A stretch of DNA of 64,000 bases, taken from positions 558,001-622,000 of the forward strand of contig NC_047068.1 of assembly GCF_902459465.1 (NCBI RefSeq), read 5' to 3'. The notes under the pieces were generated by a model. The model saw only the letters and a list, made by a program, of their open reading frames with translations, ran no database searches and was not told where the DNA came from. Made by a program: the position numbers and the translations under genes. Positions within the stretch are counted from its first letter, which is position 1; the number at the start of each line of letters is the position of its first letter. Below are positions 62,430 through 64,000 of this stretch, piece after piece. This DNA comes from Asterias rubens (lineage: Eukaryota).

Positions 62430-62730
62430 CTTTTGGATAAACGAAGAATCAGAATATCATAACTTGTGAGCTGAATGGATTGATAAGAATTTCTACTCTG
62501 TTGTTTGTTTTTCGTGAACTTTGAACAGCAACTTGTTTGATGATCGATCCTACACAAACCAAACAACTAAACTTGTTTCTATTAGGACGCCCTCTATTGA
62601 CAAACAAATTCAAGCTTTCCTGTTCTAAGACAGGTCCCCAGACGTGTCGCAACTGTTTGACTGTTTTCTATTCAAAGGAGACCACCTTGTTGAGATTTTA
62701 AGATTTTGATTCATTTTCTTCGTTTGAAAA
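62430..62730. promoter_or_regulatory. Putative bidirectional promoter, DECR2/CEP72-like
   Basis: Divergent ATGs about 300 bp apart, both in an AANATGGCG context. Confidence 0.55.
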
Positions 62731-62794
62731 ATGGCGCTCACGATAAACGAAAAATGGATACGAGAAAGAGTGCATTTAAACCCCGAGAGCCTCG
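62731..62794 (+). CDS. Probable first coding exon of a CEP72/LRRC36-like LRR protein; remainder not seen in the window
   Basis: ATG GCG...: MALTINEKWIRERVHLNPESL plus a phase-1 donor G|GTAAGC, divergent from DECR2. Resemblance to the CEP72-family N-terminus is from recall; only 21 codons are visible. Confidence 0.55.
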
Positions 62795-64000
62795 GTAAGC
62801 CTGAACAATTTGTGATAGATTATTAATTCATTATTAATATGTATAATTGTTAATTATTCTATCAGAATGACCGACGATTTTAATCCCCATGACTCTATGA
62901 GTCACTCATGACATGTATTGTTGTCTGCATGTCAATCGAACCACCATGAAGAAGGCAAGTGGCTAGGCAGAAGAAGCAGGCCGTGGATCTCCGACCGAGT
63001 GGGCGGGGCGTTAAACTGTCATTGTCAAGAAGGAAATTTTCTTCCTCAACAATAGTCAAACCATGCATAGGGCAAGTACCATAAATAATTATAATAGTCA
63101 ACACAACAATACTCTGCATGCCCCAAGGGCCATACTTTTTTCATTCGTTATGAAATAAATTCCATTTTTTTTGACATGTTGGTTAGTACTTTGGTAGCGA
63201 GTCCGGCAAAATGGCAGTTTTGTAAATAAAAAATTATCTGTTTGTGTGTGAAAAGTAGCTGTGAATAAATCACCATTTGTTGACATTAACCTTGTCCAAA
63301 TCAACAAGGAATCAGTTTTCCAGAAGAATAAAGATTAGTAATTGCATAAAATAGACGAAAAAAATCTCAGAAAAAGATGCAGAAAATTTGTGAATAATTA
63401 AGTTTACTTAACTTTAGCGTTTTCGGGACCAGATATTGACTGCTTCGAAATTTCTTAACTTCCATTTTGTCAACCGCTACAAGAAAGACATATTCTCAAG
63501 AATACTGGAGGGTGTTCTTTCGAGATAATGCGAAAAAACTAAAGCACATGGTGTAGAATTTTGTCAGCTTTCCAATTGTACCATTTTGAAATAATTCACG
63601 TGAAAAAAAGCCCAGTTTTTCAAACACATGAACTACGGACATATTATGGAGATTTTCTACTGAAAATGCTTTGACATACTATAGGGGGGCCTAGGTCATT
63701 AACAGTTCTTTGAATGATAGTTAATTCTTTGAAAGGTTAGACATGTGTCTATGTACTTTTTTTTGTATTATGAACCATCGCAAACAAAATTCCATCAAAA
63801 TTGGCACTGTGCATTCCGACCCACCGTATCTGTGCAAATTTTCATTTCAACGGTCATGTCCCCCGACTTTAAAATGGCGTATTAGCAGCAGTCTGAAATA
63901 TTGCGAAATTTGCAAAAAATAGACCTAGGAAACACCTAGCAACTTTCGCCTGGAATTTATTGGGTTTCCAAAAAGGAAAAAAATGCTTAATTTTAAAGGT

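Noticed and set aside
62880-64000. Coding potential or a defined transposon in the last 1.1 kb
   Set aside because: No recognisable domain or paired termini; treated as probable repeat-derived intron.

Overview
Intron-rich, AT-rich metazoan genomic DNA, not prokaryotic or viral. An invertebrate deuterostome, probably an echinoderm, is my inference from the two-domain CMAS and the repeat landscape. I reconstructed five complete spliced genes by hand, with splice phases closing exactly: SLC39A11/ZIP11 (-, 9 exons, 332 aa), MLST8 (+, 8 exons, 318 aa, first intron U12-type), IFT27 (-, 7 exons, 187 aa), CMAS (+, 8 exons, about 407 aa) and DECR2 (-, 9 exons, 296 aa, ending SKL). There is also a probable first exon of a CEP72/LRRC36-like gene. 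The genes form three head-to-head pairs. Introns and spacers are dense in non-autonomous elements: Kolobok-type TTAA MITEs, CWG-, TAA- and AT-flanked MITEs, tRNA-derived SINEs, L2 3' ends and minisatellites. There is one 198-N gap. Most short ORFs in the supplied track are repeat artefacts. Best leads: (1) a roughly 335-bp dispersed element carrying a minimal hammerhead ribozyme, sense within MLST8 and CMAS introns; (2) one CWG-target MITE family inserted at the identical base of the tRNA-like head in two different SINE families; (3) two CMAS introns containing tandem duplications of their own 3' splice site. No CRISPR, rRNA or intact tRNA gene was found.
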